Source: the human T2T-CHM13v2.0 reference genome, Homo sapiens
Assembly: GCF_009914755.1 (NCBI RefSeq)
Contig: NC_060934.1
Strand: one strand, 5' to 3'
DNA: 64,000 nucleotides
Part shown: positions 1 to 17,323 of the stretch, piece after piece
Position numbering within the stretch: the stretch's first letter is position 1
Layout: every line of letters begins with the position of its first letter
The notes under the pieces: model-generated
Databases searched by the model: none
What the model was told of the DNA's origin: nothing
What the model saw: only the letters and a program-made list of their open reading frames with translations
Translations under genes and position numbers: made by a program

Positions 1-85
1 GGGGGTCGAAGCTGCAGAAGCTATGGTCATACCACTGCACTCCAGCCTGAGCAACATAGTGAGACCCTGTCTCTAAAAAAAAAAA
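1..85 (+). mobile_element. Alu 3' end (AluJ-like), cut by window edge
   Basis: GCTGCAG...CCACTGCACTCCAGCCTGAGCAACATAGTGAGACCCTGTCTC followed by poly(A). Confidence 0.9.
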
Positions 86-91
86 GTGTAA

Positions 92-410
<319 letters not shown>

Positions 411-840
411 ATAGTAGACAAATCTTAAGTGTAAGGCTGACAAATTTTTACATGTTTCTACAAACTTGAAACACACCCAAAATATATACAATGTTTTGTC
501 ACTAGAAGTTTCCCTCAGAGTCATTTCCTAGTCATCTCCCCTGTCCCAGAGCTAGTCACTCTTCTGACTCTTACTGTCACTGATTAGTTTTTCCTGTTCT
601 TGAACTTCAAATATGAAATGAAAGTGTAGTACTATTTTATATCTACTTCTTTCTTTCAATATAATTCTTTAATATTTATCCATGGTGTTACATGTATCCA
701 TAGTTTGTTCTTTTTTATTGATGAACGATATTCTAGAATATGGAAATTGACCACACAAGATTTATCCATTCACCTCTTGATAGACGTTGGGTGATTTCTA
801 GGTTTAGGCCATGATGAATATGAATAAAGTGCTACAAACA

Positions 841-1640
<800 letters not shown>

Positions 1641-2519
1641 AACATTCTTTTATATGACTATTTGTGGACATATTTACTTAGTTCTTTTAGGTACATGTTT
1701 AGGAGTAGAATTTCTAGTTCATCGGGTAGATGTACATTTATCTTTAGTGGTTATTACCAAATGGTTTTATTAAGTGATAATCTCCATTCCCATCAATGTT
1801 TAAACATTCTAGATGTTTCACATCCTCAACAACATATGGTGTTTCCAGTTTTTATAATATTAGTCATTCTAATGGATATACACAAGCATTTTAGTGGGTT
1901 TTTAGTTTACATTTTCTTGAAGAATAATAATGTTGAGTACTTGTCCGTATGCTTATTAGTCATTTGGATATCCTCTTTTGTAAATTATCTGTTCAAATCT
2001 TTTGCTAGTTTTTCAGTATAATTTGGGGGTCTTCTTAATATTTTTAGAAAATCTTTATATAATCTGGATTCATATATTTACTTTCTTGATGAAGTCTTTT
2101 GATAAACATAAGTTCTTAATTTTAATCAATTCCAATTTATTAACATTTTATGATTAATACTTTTTGTGTCCTATTTAAAAATTCTTTGCCTACTCCTAGA
2201 TCATTAACATGAATTCACATATTTTTCTTCTAGAAAATTTTAGCTTTAGCTCTATATCCATTTTGCATCAATTTTTGCACATGGCATGAATAATGAGTAA
2301 GAAACTTTAAAATATATATGAATATGTCTTCCAGCACCATTTATTAAAAAGGCCAACTCTTCTCCACTGAATAAAGGGGTACCTTTTCTATAAATCCAAT
2401 GACTATATATGAGTGGGTCTATTTATGACCTCTCTATTATGTTCTATCACTTCACATCTAGCCTTGTACCAATATCACATTGCCATAATTACTGTAACTT
2501 TATAGTAATATTCTATGCA

Positions 2520-3280
2520 GAGAAGGAGGGCTGGAGATTGAGTTCAGTCACATGACCAGTGATTCAATCATCCATGCCCATATAGTGAAACCCAATAAAA
2601 ACTCTGGACACGGAGCTTGAGTAAGCACTTTCCATCCCATTGATATGCTGGGTAGGTGATGTGTCCTGAGGATAAGGCGCTTCCTGACCTCACCCATATG
2701 CATCTTCATTTGGTTGTTCTTGGTTTGTATCCTTTATAATACAATTGTAATCAAAAGTAAAACACTTTCATGAGTTCAGTAAGTCATTCTTTTCGTTTGT
2801 TTGTTTTTGAGATGGAGTCTTAATCTTTCACCCAGGCTGGAGTGCAGTGGCATAATCCCGGCTCGCTGCAACCTCCGCCCCCGCAGGTTCAAGCGAGTCT
2901 CCTGCCCCAGCCTCCTGAGTAGCTGGGATTACAGGCGCCTGCCACCATGCCTGGCTAATTTTTGCATTTTTAGTGGAGACAGGGGGTTTCACCACCTTGG
3001 ACAGACTGTTCTTGATCTCCTGTCCTCATGATCCACCTGCCTTGGCCTCCCAAAGTGCTGGGATTACAGGCGTAAGCCACCACGCCTGGCTGAGTTCTGT
3101 AAGTCATTCTAGTGAATGATCAGGCCTAAGAGGATAGTGGGAACCCCAAATCTGTAGCCATTTGATCAGAAGTGTGGGTAGCCTGGAAACTGGGAGCTTG
3201 CAGCTAGTATCTGAAGTGAGAAGAGATTTGTGGAGGACTGAGCCCTTAACCTGTTAAGTCAGCATCAGAAATACATTGCA
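2520..3280 (+). mobile_element. LTR fragment, MER21-like, interrupted by an Alu
   Basis: AGGGCTGGAGATTGAGTTCAGTCAC...AAACCCAATAAAAACTCTGGACAC and TGAGTTCTGTAAGTCATTCTAGTGAA resemble MER21 consensus. Confidence 0.7.
2790..3090 (-). mobile_element. AluS
   Basis: Full antisense Alu; 20-bp TSD TGAGTTC(A/T)GTAAGTCATTCT at 2771-2790 and 3091-3110. Confidence 0.95.
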
Positions 3281-3689
3281 GGTGTGGACATATTAAGGAC
3301 TGTAATGTCTCTTGAATAACTTACCCCTTTATCATTATGTCATGTTCCTCTTTATCGCTGATAATATTTCTTGCTTTTATGCATGATTTTTTCTGAAATT
3401 AATAATAGCTATTCTAGATTTATTTTGATTAGTGTTAGCATGCTCTTTCTCCATTCCTTTCTTTTTAATGTATCTGTATTTTTAAATTGAAAGTAGGATT
3501 ATTTTTGTCAGCATATAGTTGGCTGTTAATTTTCTTATCCACTTAGAATCTCAGTCCTCTAATTGTGTATTTGGACCAATGATATTTAAAGTGATTATTG
3601 ATGTAGTTGGATTAATACATACTATATTTGCCCTTGATTAACTGATCAATCGATTGATTTTTATCTTCCATTCTTTTTCTGCCTTCTCT

Positions 3690-4015
3690 TTTTTTTGTTT
3701 GTTTGTTGTTGTTGTTGTTGTTTGTTTTGTTTCTTGTGACAGGGTCTTGCTCTGTCACCCAGGCTGCAGTGGAGTAGTATGCTCTTGGCTTCCTACAGCC
3801 TCTACCTCTTGGGCTAAAGTCATCCTCCCACCTCCTCTTGAGTAGCTGAGACTACCAGTAGCATAGTCATGCCAGGCTAATTTTGTTTTTCTTTTTTGTA
3901 GAGATGAGGTCTCTCTATGTTGCCCAGGCTGGTCTCGAACTCCTGGGCTCAAGTGACTCTCCCACCTCAGCCTCCAAAAGTGCTGTGATTATAGATGTAA
4001 CTACCCCACCCAGCC
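3690..4015 (-). mobile_element. AluJ with (GTT)n-type tail
   Basis: Antisense Alu; TSD CTGCCTTCTCT. Confidence 0.9.
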
Positions 4016-4095
4016 CTGCCTTCTCTGGTTTTAATTGCACATTTTATATCATTCCATTTTCTCTCCTGTCATAGCATATTAATTATATTTCTTCA

Positions 4096-4385
<290 letters not shown>

Positions 4386-4519
4386 TTTTTTATAATTGTT
4401 AATGATTGCCCTAGAGTTTGCAATATACATTTTCAACTGAAGCCAGACAATTTTCAAATAACATAGTATTACTTCACAGACAGTTCAAGTACCTTATAAC
4501 AGAATATTCCCATTTTAAC

Positions 4520-4663
4520 CACAGCTGGTTAATTTTTGTATTTTTAGTACAGACAGGGTTTCACTATGTTGGCCAGGCTGGTCTCGAACTCCTGACCTTG
4601 TGATCCGTCCGCTTTGGCCTACCAAAGTGGTGAGATTACAGGCATGAGCCACTGCGCCCAGCC
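4520..4663 (-). mobile_element. Alu left monomer plus linker, 3'-truncated
   Basis: Left arm and middle A-rich linker only; no right arm or tail. Confidence 0.85.
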
Positions 4664-4988
4664 CTCTTGTTCTTTTTAGTGTCACTGTTGTTCATTTCAC
4701 TTATCCATAAGGGATAATCACCCACTATGCTGTTGCCATTATTATTTTGAACATACTGTTATTCATTAGATAAATTAAGATCAAGAAAAAGAAAAGATAT
4801 CATCTTCATTTATTCCCTCTCTAAAGCTCTTCCTTTCTTCATGCAGATCTGAGTTTTTTACCTGTATCATTTTTCTTCTCTCTGAAGAACTTCTTTTAAC
4901 ACTTCTTAGAAGTCAGGCCTACCGGTGACAAATTCTCTCAATTTTTATTTATGGGAGGAAGGCTTTATTACTCCTTCACTTTTTAAGG

Positions 4989-5286
4989 ATTTTTTTTTTT
5001 TAAGAGACAGAATCTTGCTCTGTTGCTCCAGCTTGGAGTGCAGTGGTGGTATCACAGCTCACTGCACTCTCAAATTTCTACGCTCAAACAATCCTTCCAC
5101 CTCAGGCTCCTGAGTAGCTGGGACTACAGGCATGTGCCACAACACCCAGCTATTTTATTTTTATTTTTAGTAGAGACAAGGTCTCCCTATGTTGCCCGGG
5201 CTGGTCTTGAGCTCCTGGCCTAAGTGATCCTCCTGCCTCAACCTCCCCAAGCATTGGGATTACAGGCATGAGGCACCATGCCCAAC
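4989..5286 (-). mobile_element. AluJ
   Basis: Full antisense Alu with J-type diagnostics. Confidence 0.9.
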
Positions 5287-5344
5287 CACATAATTTTATT
5301 GGGATATGAAATTCTAGGTTTTTGGTTCTATTTCAACACATTAA

Positions 5345-5675
<331 letters not shown>

Positions 5676-5800
5676 TCTTGCTTGCATGATTTCTAAAGAG
5701 AAGTTGGATGTAATTCTTACCATTGTTTCTCTGTACATAAGCTCTATTTTTCTTCTCTGGCTTCTTTAAGGATTTTCTCTTGATCTTTGACTTTTGGTAG

Positions 5801-6150
<350 letters not shown>

Positions 6151-6414
6151 ATGCTTAGGTATAAATTCTTCTAGTATTAATCCTGCCTGGTGTTCTCTGA
6201 GCTTCTTGGATCTATGGTTTGATGTCTGTTGTTAATTTTGAAAAATTCTTGCCATTATTATTTCAAATATTTCTTGTGATCCTGTCTCTCTTTGTTCTCT
6301 TTATTTATATTCTTACTACATATTAATCATTACATATTAATGATATTAATCATTTCTTATTTCTTGAATTCTGTCCTATTAAAAATTTTTTTCCTTGAAT
6401 TTTAGTCTTCGAGG

Positions 6415-6791
6415 TTTCTTCTCCTTCCTCTCTCTCTCTCTTTCTCTCTCTCTCTTTCTCTCTCCTTCCTTCCTTCCTTCTTTGTTTGTTTGTTTCTTTC
6501 TTTCTTTTGACAAGGTGTCACTCTGTCACCCAGGTTGGAGTGCAGAGGCACAATCTCTGCTCACTGCAACCTCTGCCTTCTGGGTTCAAGTGATTCCTGT
6601 GCCTCAGCCTCCTGAGTAGCTGGGATTACAGGCATACGCCACCACACCTGGCTAATTTTTGTATTTTTAGTAGAGACAACATGGTTTCACCATGTTGGCC
6701 AGGCTGGTCTCAAACTCCTGGCCTCAACTGATCCACTCGCCATGGTCTCCCAAAGTGCTGGGATTATAGGTGTGAACCACCGTGCCTGGCC
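6415..6791 (-). mobile_element. AluS with (CT)n/(TTCC)n/(TTTG)n tail
   Basis: Antisense Alu preceded by a compound pyrimidine microsatellite. Confidence 0.9.
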
Positions 6792-6969
6792 TAATTTTTG
6801 AGGATATTGACTTATCTTGAAGCTCACTGATTCTCTCCTTGGCCTTATCTACTCTATTGATGTGCCCGTCAAAGGCCTTCTTCATTTCTGTTACAGAATT
6901 TTTGATTTCTAGCATTTACTTTAGATTGTTAGATTGTTAGAGCTCTAGTCTTTCTGCTTGATAACATGA

Positions 6970-7294
6970 TTTTTTTCTATTTTTTATTTTATTTATTTAT
7001 TTATTTGTTTTTTGAGACAGAGTCTTGCTCTGTCGCCCAGGCTGGAGTGCAGTGGCACAATCTTGGCTCACTGAAAGCTCCGCCTCCTGAATTCACACCA
7101 TTCTCCTCCCTCAGCCTCCCAAGTAGCTGAGACTATAGGCGCCCACCACAACACCCGGCTAATTTTTTTTGTATTTTTAGTAGAGACGGGGTTTCACTGT
7201 GTTAGCCAGGATAGTCTTGATCTCCTGATCTTGTGATCCACCTGCCTCGGCCTTCCAGTGCTGGGATTACAGTTGTGAGCCACCGCACCCAGCC
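6970..7294 (-). mobile_element. AluY
   Basis: Antisense Alu; TSD ACATGATTTT. Confidence 0.92.
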
Positions 7295-9225
7295 ACATGA
7301 TTTTATAGCTAGAAAATCCCATAGTTTCTGCCCAAAAGCTCCTTGAACTGATAAACAACTTCAGCAAAGTTTCAGGATACAAAACCAATGTACAAAAATC
7401 AGTAGCATTCCCATAAACCAGAAAGCACCAAAACAACAGCCAAATCAGGAACACAATCCCATTCACAATTGCCATAAAAAGAATAAAATACCTAAAAATA
7501 CACTAACCACATAGGAGAAAGACGTCTACAATGAGAATCACAAAACACTGTTCAAAGAAATCAGAGATGACACAAACAAATGGGAAAATAGTCCTTGCTC
7601 ATGGATAGGAAGAATCAATATCATTAAAATGGCCATACTGCCTAAAGCAATTTAAAGATTCAATACTATTCCTGTCAAACTACCAATGACATTCTTCACA
7701 GAACTAGAAAAAATTATTTTAAAATTCATATGGAACCAAAAAAGATCCCAAATAGCCAAGGCCATCCTAAGCAAAAAGAAAAAAGCTGGAAGCATCACAT
7801 TACCCTACTTAAAAACTATACTACAAGGCTATGGTAACTAAAACAGTGTGGTACTGGTACAGAAACTGACACACAGACCAATGGAACAGAATAGAGAGCC
7901 CAGGAATAAGGCTACGCACCTGCAAACACCTGATCATCGACAAAGGTGACAAAAACAAGCAATGATGAAAGGATTCCCTATACAATAAATGGAGCTGGGA
8001 TAACTGGGTAACCATATGCAGAAGATTGAAACTGGACTCCTTCTTACGCCATATAAAAAAATCAACTCAAGGTGGATTAAAGACTTAAATTTAAAACCCA
8101 AAACTATAAAAACTCTGGAATATACCCTAGGAAATACCATGCTGGACACAGGAACTGACAAAGGTTTCATGATGAAGATGCTAAAAGCAATTGCAACAAT
8201 AGCAAAAATTAGCAAGTGGGATCTAATTAAATAGAAGAATCTCTGCACAGCAAAAGAAACTACCAACAGAGTAAACAGGCAACCTACAGAATGGGAGAAA
8301 ATTTTTGCAAACTGTGCATCTGACAAAAGTCTAATATCCATCTATAAGGAACTTAAACATATTTACAAGGAAAAAAACCAAGCAGCCCCATTAAAAAGTG
8401 GGCAAAGGACATGAACAGACACTTTTCAAAAGAAGACATACCTGTAGCCAACGTTCAACATCACTGATCGTTAGAAAAATGCAAATCAAAACCACAATAA
8501 GATACCATCACACACCAGTCAGAATGGCTACTATTAAAAAGTCAAAAAATAACAGATGCTGATAAGGTTATGGAGAAAAAGGAATGCTTATACACTGCTG
8601 TTGGGGGTGTTAATTAGTTCAACCATTGTGGAAACCAGTGTGGTGATTTCTCAAAGAACTAAATACAGAACTACCATTTGACCTAGCAATCCCATTACTG
8701 GGTGTATATCCAAAGGAATATAAATTGTTCTACCATAAAGACACATGTGTATGTTCATCATAGCACTATTCTCAATAGTAAAGACATGGAATCAACCTAA
8801 ATGCCCATCAGTGGTAGACTGGGTAAAGAAAATGTGGTACACAAATACCATGGAATAATATGCAGTGACAAAAAAAATAGAACAAGATCATGTTCTTTGC
8901 AAGAATATGGATGGAGCTGGAGGCTATTATCCTTAGCAAACTAATGCAGGAACTGAAAACCAAATAACGCATGTTCTCAATTAAAAGTGGGAGCTAAATG
9001 ATGAGAACATATGAACACAAAGAGGGAAAGAACAGACACTGGGGCCCATCAGAAGGTGGAGGGTGGGGGGAAGGAGAGGATCAGAAAAAATAACTATTGG
9101 GCACTATGCTTAGTAGCTGGCTGACAAAATAATCTGTACACCAAACCCCTGTGACACAAGTTTACCTATATAACAAACCTGCACATGTACCCTAAACCTA
9201 AAAAGTTTTTTAAAAAAGAAATAAA
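7295..9225 (+). mobile_element. 5'-truncated L1PA (L1PA15/16-like), ORF2 3' part and 3'UTR
   Basis: ORF2 remnant [34 protein letters not shown]; 3'UTR GGAGAGGATCAGAAAAAATAACTATTGGG...AACCTGCACATGTACCC and A-rich tail. Confidence 0.93.
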
Positions 9226-10439
9226 CACACCCAATTTTAGTTCTTACCAAAAAAGAAAAATCATTCTGCTTACATTGCCCATCTGTTCTTGTAGGTTGTC
9301 CATTTTTTTCTATTAGAGCTCTTAGTATATTAATTAAGAGTTATTTTAATTTCAAAATCTCTGCTGTATCTGAGTCTGGTTCTGAGGCTTGCTTTGTCCC
9401 ATCAGACTGTGTTTTTTGTTGTCGTTGTTCATTTTGCCTTTGTGCATGCCTTGTAATTTTTAGTTGAAAGCCTGAAATGATTAGGTCAAAGGAACTGAGT
9501 TAAATAGGATTTTAGCATGAAGTTTCATGTTTGGCTACTTAGGTTGTGTTTACTTTTTGCTGCATCTGTGACATCAGGGGCAAAAGTTGCCTCTAGCATT
9601 CTTTTGTCTCGCCCGTTTTTTGAGTTTTCTTAGAGACCTATTAAATAGGGACTGAGACTTGCAGTTCTGTTAGCTGTAATCGTGCTATTATTCAGGAGCT
9701 GGACTGATATGGTGGTGAGGTGTGGACAGAGGAGACGTTTTCTATAATCCTACAGTGAGGTCTCAGTGTTTTAGAAATCCTGAATTGGGTATTCCCCTTC
9801 TTCCAGGTTGGTTAGGCTCTGGTAAAACTGCAGTATGTCAGGAACTTGGAAATTAGTTTCCCTTGAAGTTGGGCCTTGTTAAGGAGAAGAGAGAGCTCTC
9901 AGTGTTGTTCAAAAGGTTACTTTTCCCCTCCCTCTGCATAGGGGGATTTTTCTCCAGTCCTCACAATGAGAACCTGGAGAGAGTACTGGAGATAAACCTC
10001 TTCAATGTGTGAGAGGCTCCATAAAATCAGGTTCCCTTAGAGTTTTAAAATTCTCATGTTTGTCCACATGGAGCCTTCAGCAATTCATCCATATTAGCTT
10101 AAAACATTCCTATGGATATTAGATGTGGCGAAGGGCTTCTGCTCCATGTAAGCTGTGGTTTTCTGAATCCACCTGTTTGTCTCTGTAGTTTTCAGGGCAG
10201 CAGTTGCCCTGTAACCTCAATTCTCTGATGGATCTAGGAAGAATTATTGATTTTCAGTTAGTTCAGCTTTTTTCTTGTCATGAGGATAGGAGTGATGACT
10301 TCCAAGCTCTTTACATGTTGACAGACATCAGCAGTTTACCAGGTCTGTTTCTGATACTTAAATTAATATAGAGTCACTGTATGTCTATATGAGTAGGAAG
10401 TAGTGTCTTTATCTTGGAACCCCCTGGCTACACTGTCCT

Positions 10440-11420
10440 AGAACCAGAGCACTTAGTCTAGTCGGTGGAGTTTTCAGACATCCCTCTGGGAGGAATTGCA
10501 AAATCTGACCAGTCCACTAACAGATTTCCCTTTTTATCCCTAGTTGTTTCTGTTATTGCAATGACTACATTAGACTATGTCACCATGGAAAAGACATGGC
10601 CTTCCCAGCCAGATGCATCCTTGCCCACTACTTCCATAATGCCACACACAGTTCAGACTGCAGTAGATTTTTGAGGAAGGATGGCCTTGTTAGCTTAGTG
10701 TCATGCTTGTCTATGATGCTCCAACCTTGGGCTCCTGAGGTTATAATCCATCCTCATACATTCAGCCAGTGTCCCAAAGTGAACCCACCATGTTAGGTAG
10801 ATGAATTAATAGGCGCATCTTCAAACTCCAATTCCCCTAAGTTAATGGTGAATTCCTTCTCACTTGACCTTCCTTTCTTGTAAGTAGGACTCACTCAGGA
10901 CCACCTCAGTTCATCAGGCCTTCAAAAATGGGAGGGTTCCCACACTAGATCTATTTGATTTACCCACTGGTTGTTCAGAAACTAGTCCTATATGCCCAGG
11001 GGTATAGAGAGAGGTAACATTGTTAAGGCACCTGTGGGTCTTCAGTGGTGTCCCATGAAGCTGGAGCCACTTTGCTTGCATTTGCATGGAGGTTTCTACT
11101 GTCATATATTCAAGCTCAGATATGTCAGTGACTGAGACTTCACTTCCAGCATCCCCCAGCAAATGTGGTCCTTCACCAACGTAGAAAACCCAGCTAGCTC
11201 CCTTACCTCCGGTTGGACAACTGTGAGGTGTAACTAGCGCTCCAAAGTTTCTCTGTGGGAATGGCGGTGAAGCAACTTCATCTCCTTGTTCAGTTTCTTT
11301 CCTTTCCTTGTTCTGCTTTCTTCACCTGCTCACTGAACTCCCTTGGAAGCACTTCCCTAATCAATCGCTTCTCATGATCCTCATCTCGGGGTCTGCTCTT
11401 GGGGAACTCAACTCAAGAAA
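10440..11420 (+). mobile_element. ERVL-type remnant ending in an LTR16-like LTR
   Basis: 3' end CACTTCCCTAATCAATCGC...CTCATCTCGGGGTCTGCTCTTGGGGAACTCAACTCAAGA resembles LTR16; the upstream part is only tentatively ERVL internal sequence. Confidence 0.5.
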
Positions 11421-11445
11421 CCATCTAATGAGGTCAAGGCAGTGA

Positions 11446-11873
<428 letters not shown>

Positions 11874-12599
11874 TAGCTACTCATACAAATAAATGAAATT
11901 CTCTATTTCTGCCCAAGAAAACTCTTTTCTATTGGTTGCTCCAATATTTTTACTTATTATTTTTCTTGTGATTATCCCTAAGAGGCTTGAAAATGGCCAA
12001 GGTCCACAGTCACCAAATAATTCACTTGACTGATCATCATATTCAGGAAACTTGCTTGAGTATTTACTCTGAAGTCAAAGACTTTCTGATGCCTCCTTTC
12101 CCAACCTCTCCTTTTTTTTTTCTCCTAGTGCCTTTATTCAGGTAAAACTGACACCCATATGTCCCCTGTCTTGCCCAGTCAAGGCCTATGCATGGAAATG
12201 ATTAAACCAGTTAGTGGCGAAAGGCATGGTTTCTACTTTTCTTCACTTGGTAAGAGACGGTGGGGGAAGGTCAGGATAAGTAATGAAAAGCACTAGATGG
12301 TGCTCAAGACATTTCAGAGATCAGACAATCAGTATGAGGAGAATTCTGGAACACAGGGGCCTTTGAAGATACCCTCTGGCATTTGTCCCCAGTACACAGT
12401 TGCTGGTTGTAGGCTATTCCGTATTCACAGTTTGTAGATTAATCCTCGTGAGAGAGGGGTGTGCTGCCCCTTGTCCCCATCTCTGTACCTCACCTGGTGC
12501 TGGTGAGAGCTCAAGAATACAGGTTACTTGGGTTTCAGGTCAGCAACACAGGTGGCTACGGGAAGTCTACATGGTGTGGTGGGCGAGGCCTCAAGTTCA

Positions 12600-12795
12600 G
12601 CAGAAGACAAGCTTGATTCAAATCCTGGCTCTACACTTGTGAGCTATGTGGCTATAAGAAAATCACTGAACCTCTCTGTGGCTCCATTTCCCTGGATAGA
12701 AAATGAAGATAATGATAGTGACCTCCAAGAGTTGTTCTGAAGCATAGAAATGAGATCAAACATGTGCAATGGTTGGCACCAAGTAAATACCTGAG
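12600..12795 (+). mobile_element. MIR
   Basis: GATTCAAATCCTGGCTCTACACTT...CACTGAACCTCTCTGTGGCTCCATTTCC...AAAATGAAGATAAT MIR core. Confidence 0.85.
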
Positions 12796-13979
12796 AAATA
12801 GCAATTCCTATCCTCCCATACAGCAAGGTTTAGTAAATGACACTAGGTTTATCTGAGTCATCATTCAGCTTTATAAAGACTGAACATGCCTCCCTCGCCC
12901 CACAATTAATCCCCCAAATTAACATTTTGGAACTTTGAAATTAGAAGGTAATTTTCATGTCACCTTGTCTAACCCACCCATTTTGCAGGTGATAAAATTG
13001 AGGCCTAGAGGATTCAGGGCTTTGTTCAAAGCCTGCTGTTTCTCCTCTATTACCCCTTGCCCTACACCTTGTTAATTATCACCTTTTTGAAGTCCATGTT
13101 TACAAATCCTGGTGAATGTTTAGCTATTTGCGCTTGCAGTATTATTTTGTGAGGTGTGGCCATGAGGGGTTATTTCAGGTCTTTCGCTATGGTCCCCCAA
13201 AAGGAAAATGCTGTCAATTCTTCAGAGCCCCCTAAGGGTGTCAAGTCAGTACTCGGCCACAGGCCATTGGTTCTAGATACTTCCTTCCTGAGAGAAGATT
13301 GTTCTCTCTGGACGCATTTGTCCTCTGGCCTAAATGCATTCTGCCATGGTCAAGGTGGTGAGGCTGGAGGAGAGAGTTTTACATAAGCTGGGACAGTCCA
13401 ATCAGCTTCCTGGCCTTTAGTGGCTGCTGACTTTGCCAGACACTTGTGCTCTGGGGAGACAGCTCTCCCTCTGTCTAACCCCAGGCTCTGTTGCAAATTT
13501 AGAGATCCAGAGTTGGGTCTTCAAGGCCAGAGGCCTCCAGCAGCCTAGAGCTCTGCTTCCTCACCAGCCAGCTAGCCCATTTCTGCACCATAGCCTTTCC
13601 AGAGTGTGACAGGCCACCAGTGGTCTTGGGGACAAAAATTATGAAAACAGACCAACCAGAACATTGTCAGGAGCGTCCTGCAGCTTCCCAAAGAGTTGTT
13701 CTCGCAGTGTCAAATGCATTAAGTCCTACCAGGGAAAACAGGAGAGATGTGACTGAAATACTCTTGGCGCCTCCTCAACCCCAGAGTGCTTCACTGCACA
13801 GCCCCCACTTCAATGCCACCCTCAGCCCCCAGCTTCTAGGATACCCCTGGGAGAAGATATCAAAGTCTGAGTGATGGCAGGTGGGTGGATAGACACATCA
13901 GAATCTGGTTGGGTGTGGGGAACACAAGACAGGTTTGAAAAGTTCCCCAGCTTATTCTGACGAATTCTCCCTCTGTCTC

Positions 13980-14482
<503 letters not shown>

Positions 14483-14768
14483 TCCCACCTTCCCCACCCT
14501 CAAACAGGAAAGTGACATTTTAAAATACCATTCTAAAAAAAATACACTAACTGTCAAAAAGTAGAGAAGTATAAAAAATAAAAATAAAAACCAGGCATAA
14601 TTTTACCATCCAGAGTTGTTAAGCACTGCTATCATTTTGGTCTATTCCTTGTCAGTCTGTGTGTGTCTGTCAGAGGTTTATTGTCAACCATGTATTTATT
14701 TATAAAATTTGGATTACACCAAACATAGTTTTATGTTATTCTTTTCCTCTATAAAATTATATATATAA

Positions 14769-15101
<333 letters not shown>

Positions 15102-15252
15102 TTACATATAATGTATAACAAATTTTCTTATATATAATATATAGCATTAAACCTAAGAATATATGTTATATATATCTTTATGTCACATATCATTATATAT
15201 ATTTAATGTTACATATTTTCTTATGTCTTTAAATATCCTTTATGAGCATGTC

Positions 15253-17323
15253 TTTTTAAAATTTACTTTAAGTTCCCGGGACACATGTGCATGTTTGTCA
15301 TATAGGTAAACTCATGTCATGGGGGTTTGGTGTACATATTATTTCATCACATAGATAATAAGCATACTACCTGATAGTTACTATTTCTGATCCTCTCCCT
15401 CCTCCTACCCTGTCCCTTCAAGTGGACCCAGTGTGTGTTCTTCTCCTCTCTGTGTTCATATGTTCTCATCATTTAGTTCCCACTTACAAGTGAAAACATG
15501 TGGTATTTGGTTTTCTGTTCCAGAGTTAGTTTGCGAAGGATAATGGACTCCAGCTCCATCCATGTTCCTGCAAAGGACATGATATCATTCTGTTTTTTGG
15601 TTGCTGCATAGTATTTCATGGTGTATAGGTATTTTCTTTATCCAGTCTATCACTGACGGACATTTAGGTTGATTCCATGTCTTTGCTATTGTGAATAGTG
15701 CTGCAATGAACATATACATGCATGTGTCTTTAGGGTAGAACAATTTATATGCCTTTGGTTATATACCCAATGATATGGTTTGGATCTGTGTCCCCACACA
15801 AATCTCATGTTGAATTGTAATCCCCAGTGTTGGAGATGGGGCCCAGTGGGAGGTGATTGCATCATGGGGGCGGATTTCCCCCTCGGTGCTGTTCTCCTGA
15901 TAGAGAGTGAGTTCTCCTGAGTTCTGGTCATTTAAAAGTGTATGCACCTTCCCCCATCCCCTTCCTCCTGCTCTGGCCATGTGAAGTACTGGTTTTCCCC
16001 TTTGCCTTTGACCATGATTACAAGTTTCCTGAGGTGTCCCCAGAAGCTGAGCAGATCCCAGCATCATGCTTCCTGTACAGCCTATGAAACCATGAACTAA
16101 TCAAACCCCTTTTCTTTATAAATTATCCACTCTCTGGTATCTCTTTGTAGCAGGGCAAGAATTGACTAATACACACAATTAATGAGATCACTGGGTCGAA
16201 TGGTAACTCTGCTTTGGGTTCTCTGAGAAATCACCAAACTGCCTTCCACAATGGCTGAACTAATTTACATTCCCACCAGAATTGTGTAAGCATTCCCTGT
16301 TTTCTGCAACCTTGTCAGCATCTGGTTTTTTTTTTTTTGACTTTTTAATAATAGCCATTCTGACTGGTGTGAGATGGTATCTCATTTTGGTTTTGTATTG
16401 CATTTCTCTAATGATCAGTGATATGGAGCTTTTTTTCCATATGCTTGTTGTCTACATGTATGTTTTCTTTTGAAAAGTGTCTGTTCATGTCCTTTGCCCA
16501 CTTTTCAATGGGGTTGTTTTTTTCTTGTAGATTTGTTTAAGTTCCTTATAGATGCTAGATGTTAGACCTTTGTCAAATGCATAATTTACAAATATTTTCT
16601 TTCATTCTGTAGACTGTCTGTTTATTTTGCCGGATCTGTTGATAGTTTCTTTTGCTATGCAGGCCTTCTGTTTAATTAGATCTCATTTGTCAATTTTTGC
16701 TTTTGTTGCCATTGCTTTTGGCATCTTCATCATGAAATCTTTGCCAGTTCCTATGTCTACCATGGTATTTCCTAGGCCATATTCCAGAGTTTTTATAGTT
16801 TTGGGTTTATATTTAAGTCTTTAATCCACCTTGAGTTGATTTTTGTATATGGTGTAAGGAAGGAGTCCGGTTTCAATCTTCTGCATATGGCTGGCCAGTT
16901 ATCCCAGCATCATTTATTAAATAGGGAGTCCTTTCCCCATTGCTTGTTTTTGTCAGCTTTGTCAAAGATCAGATGGTTGCAGGTGTATGGCTTTATTTCT
17001 GGGCTCTCTATTCTGTTGCATTGGTCTGTGTGTCAGTTTCCGTACCAGTACCATGCTGTTTTGGTTACTGTAGCCCTGCACTACAGTTTGAGGTCGGGTA
17101 ACATGATGCCTCCAGCTTTGTTCTTTTTGCTTAGGATTGCCTTGCCTATTTGGGCTCTTTTTTAGTTTCATATCAATTTCAAAATAGTTTTTTTCTAGTT
17201 CTTTGAAGAATGTCATTGGTAGTTTGATAGGAATAGCATTGAATCTGTAAATTTCTCTCGGCAGTATGGCCATTTTAACGATATTGATTCTTCCTATTCA
17301 TAAGCAAGGAATGTTTTTCCATT
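15253..17323 (-). mobile_element. 5'-truncated L1PA (L1PA15/16-like), antisense, interrupted by MSTA
   Basis: ORF2 remnant [28 protein letters not shown]; TSD CTTTATGAGCA(T/G)GTCTTTTTAA at 15238-15259 and 17347-17368. Confidence 0.93.
15771..16173 (+). mobile_element. MSTA solo LTR (MaLR)
   Basis: TGATATGGTTTGGATCTGTGTCCCC...GACTAATACA termini; 5-bp TSD CCCAA/CACAA. Confidence 0.9.
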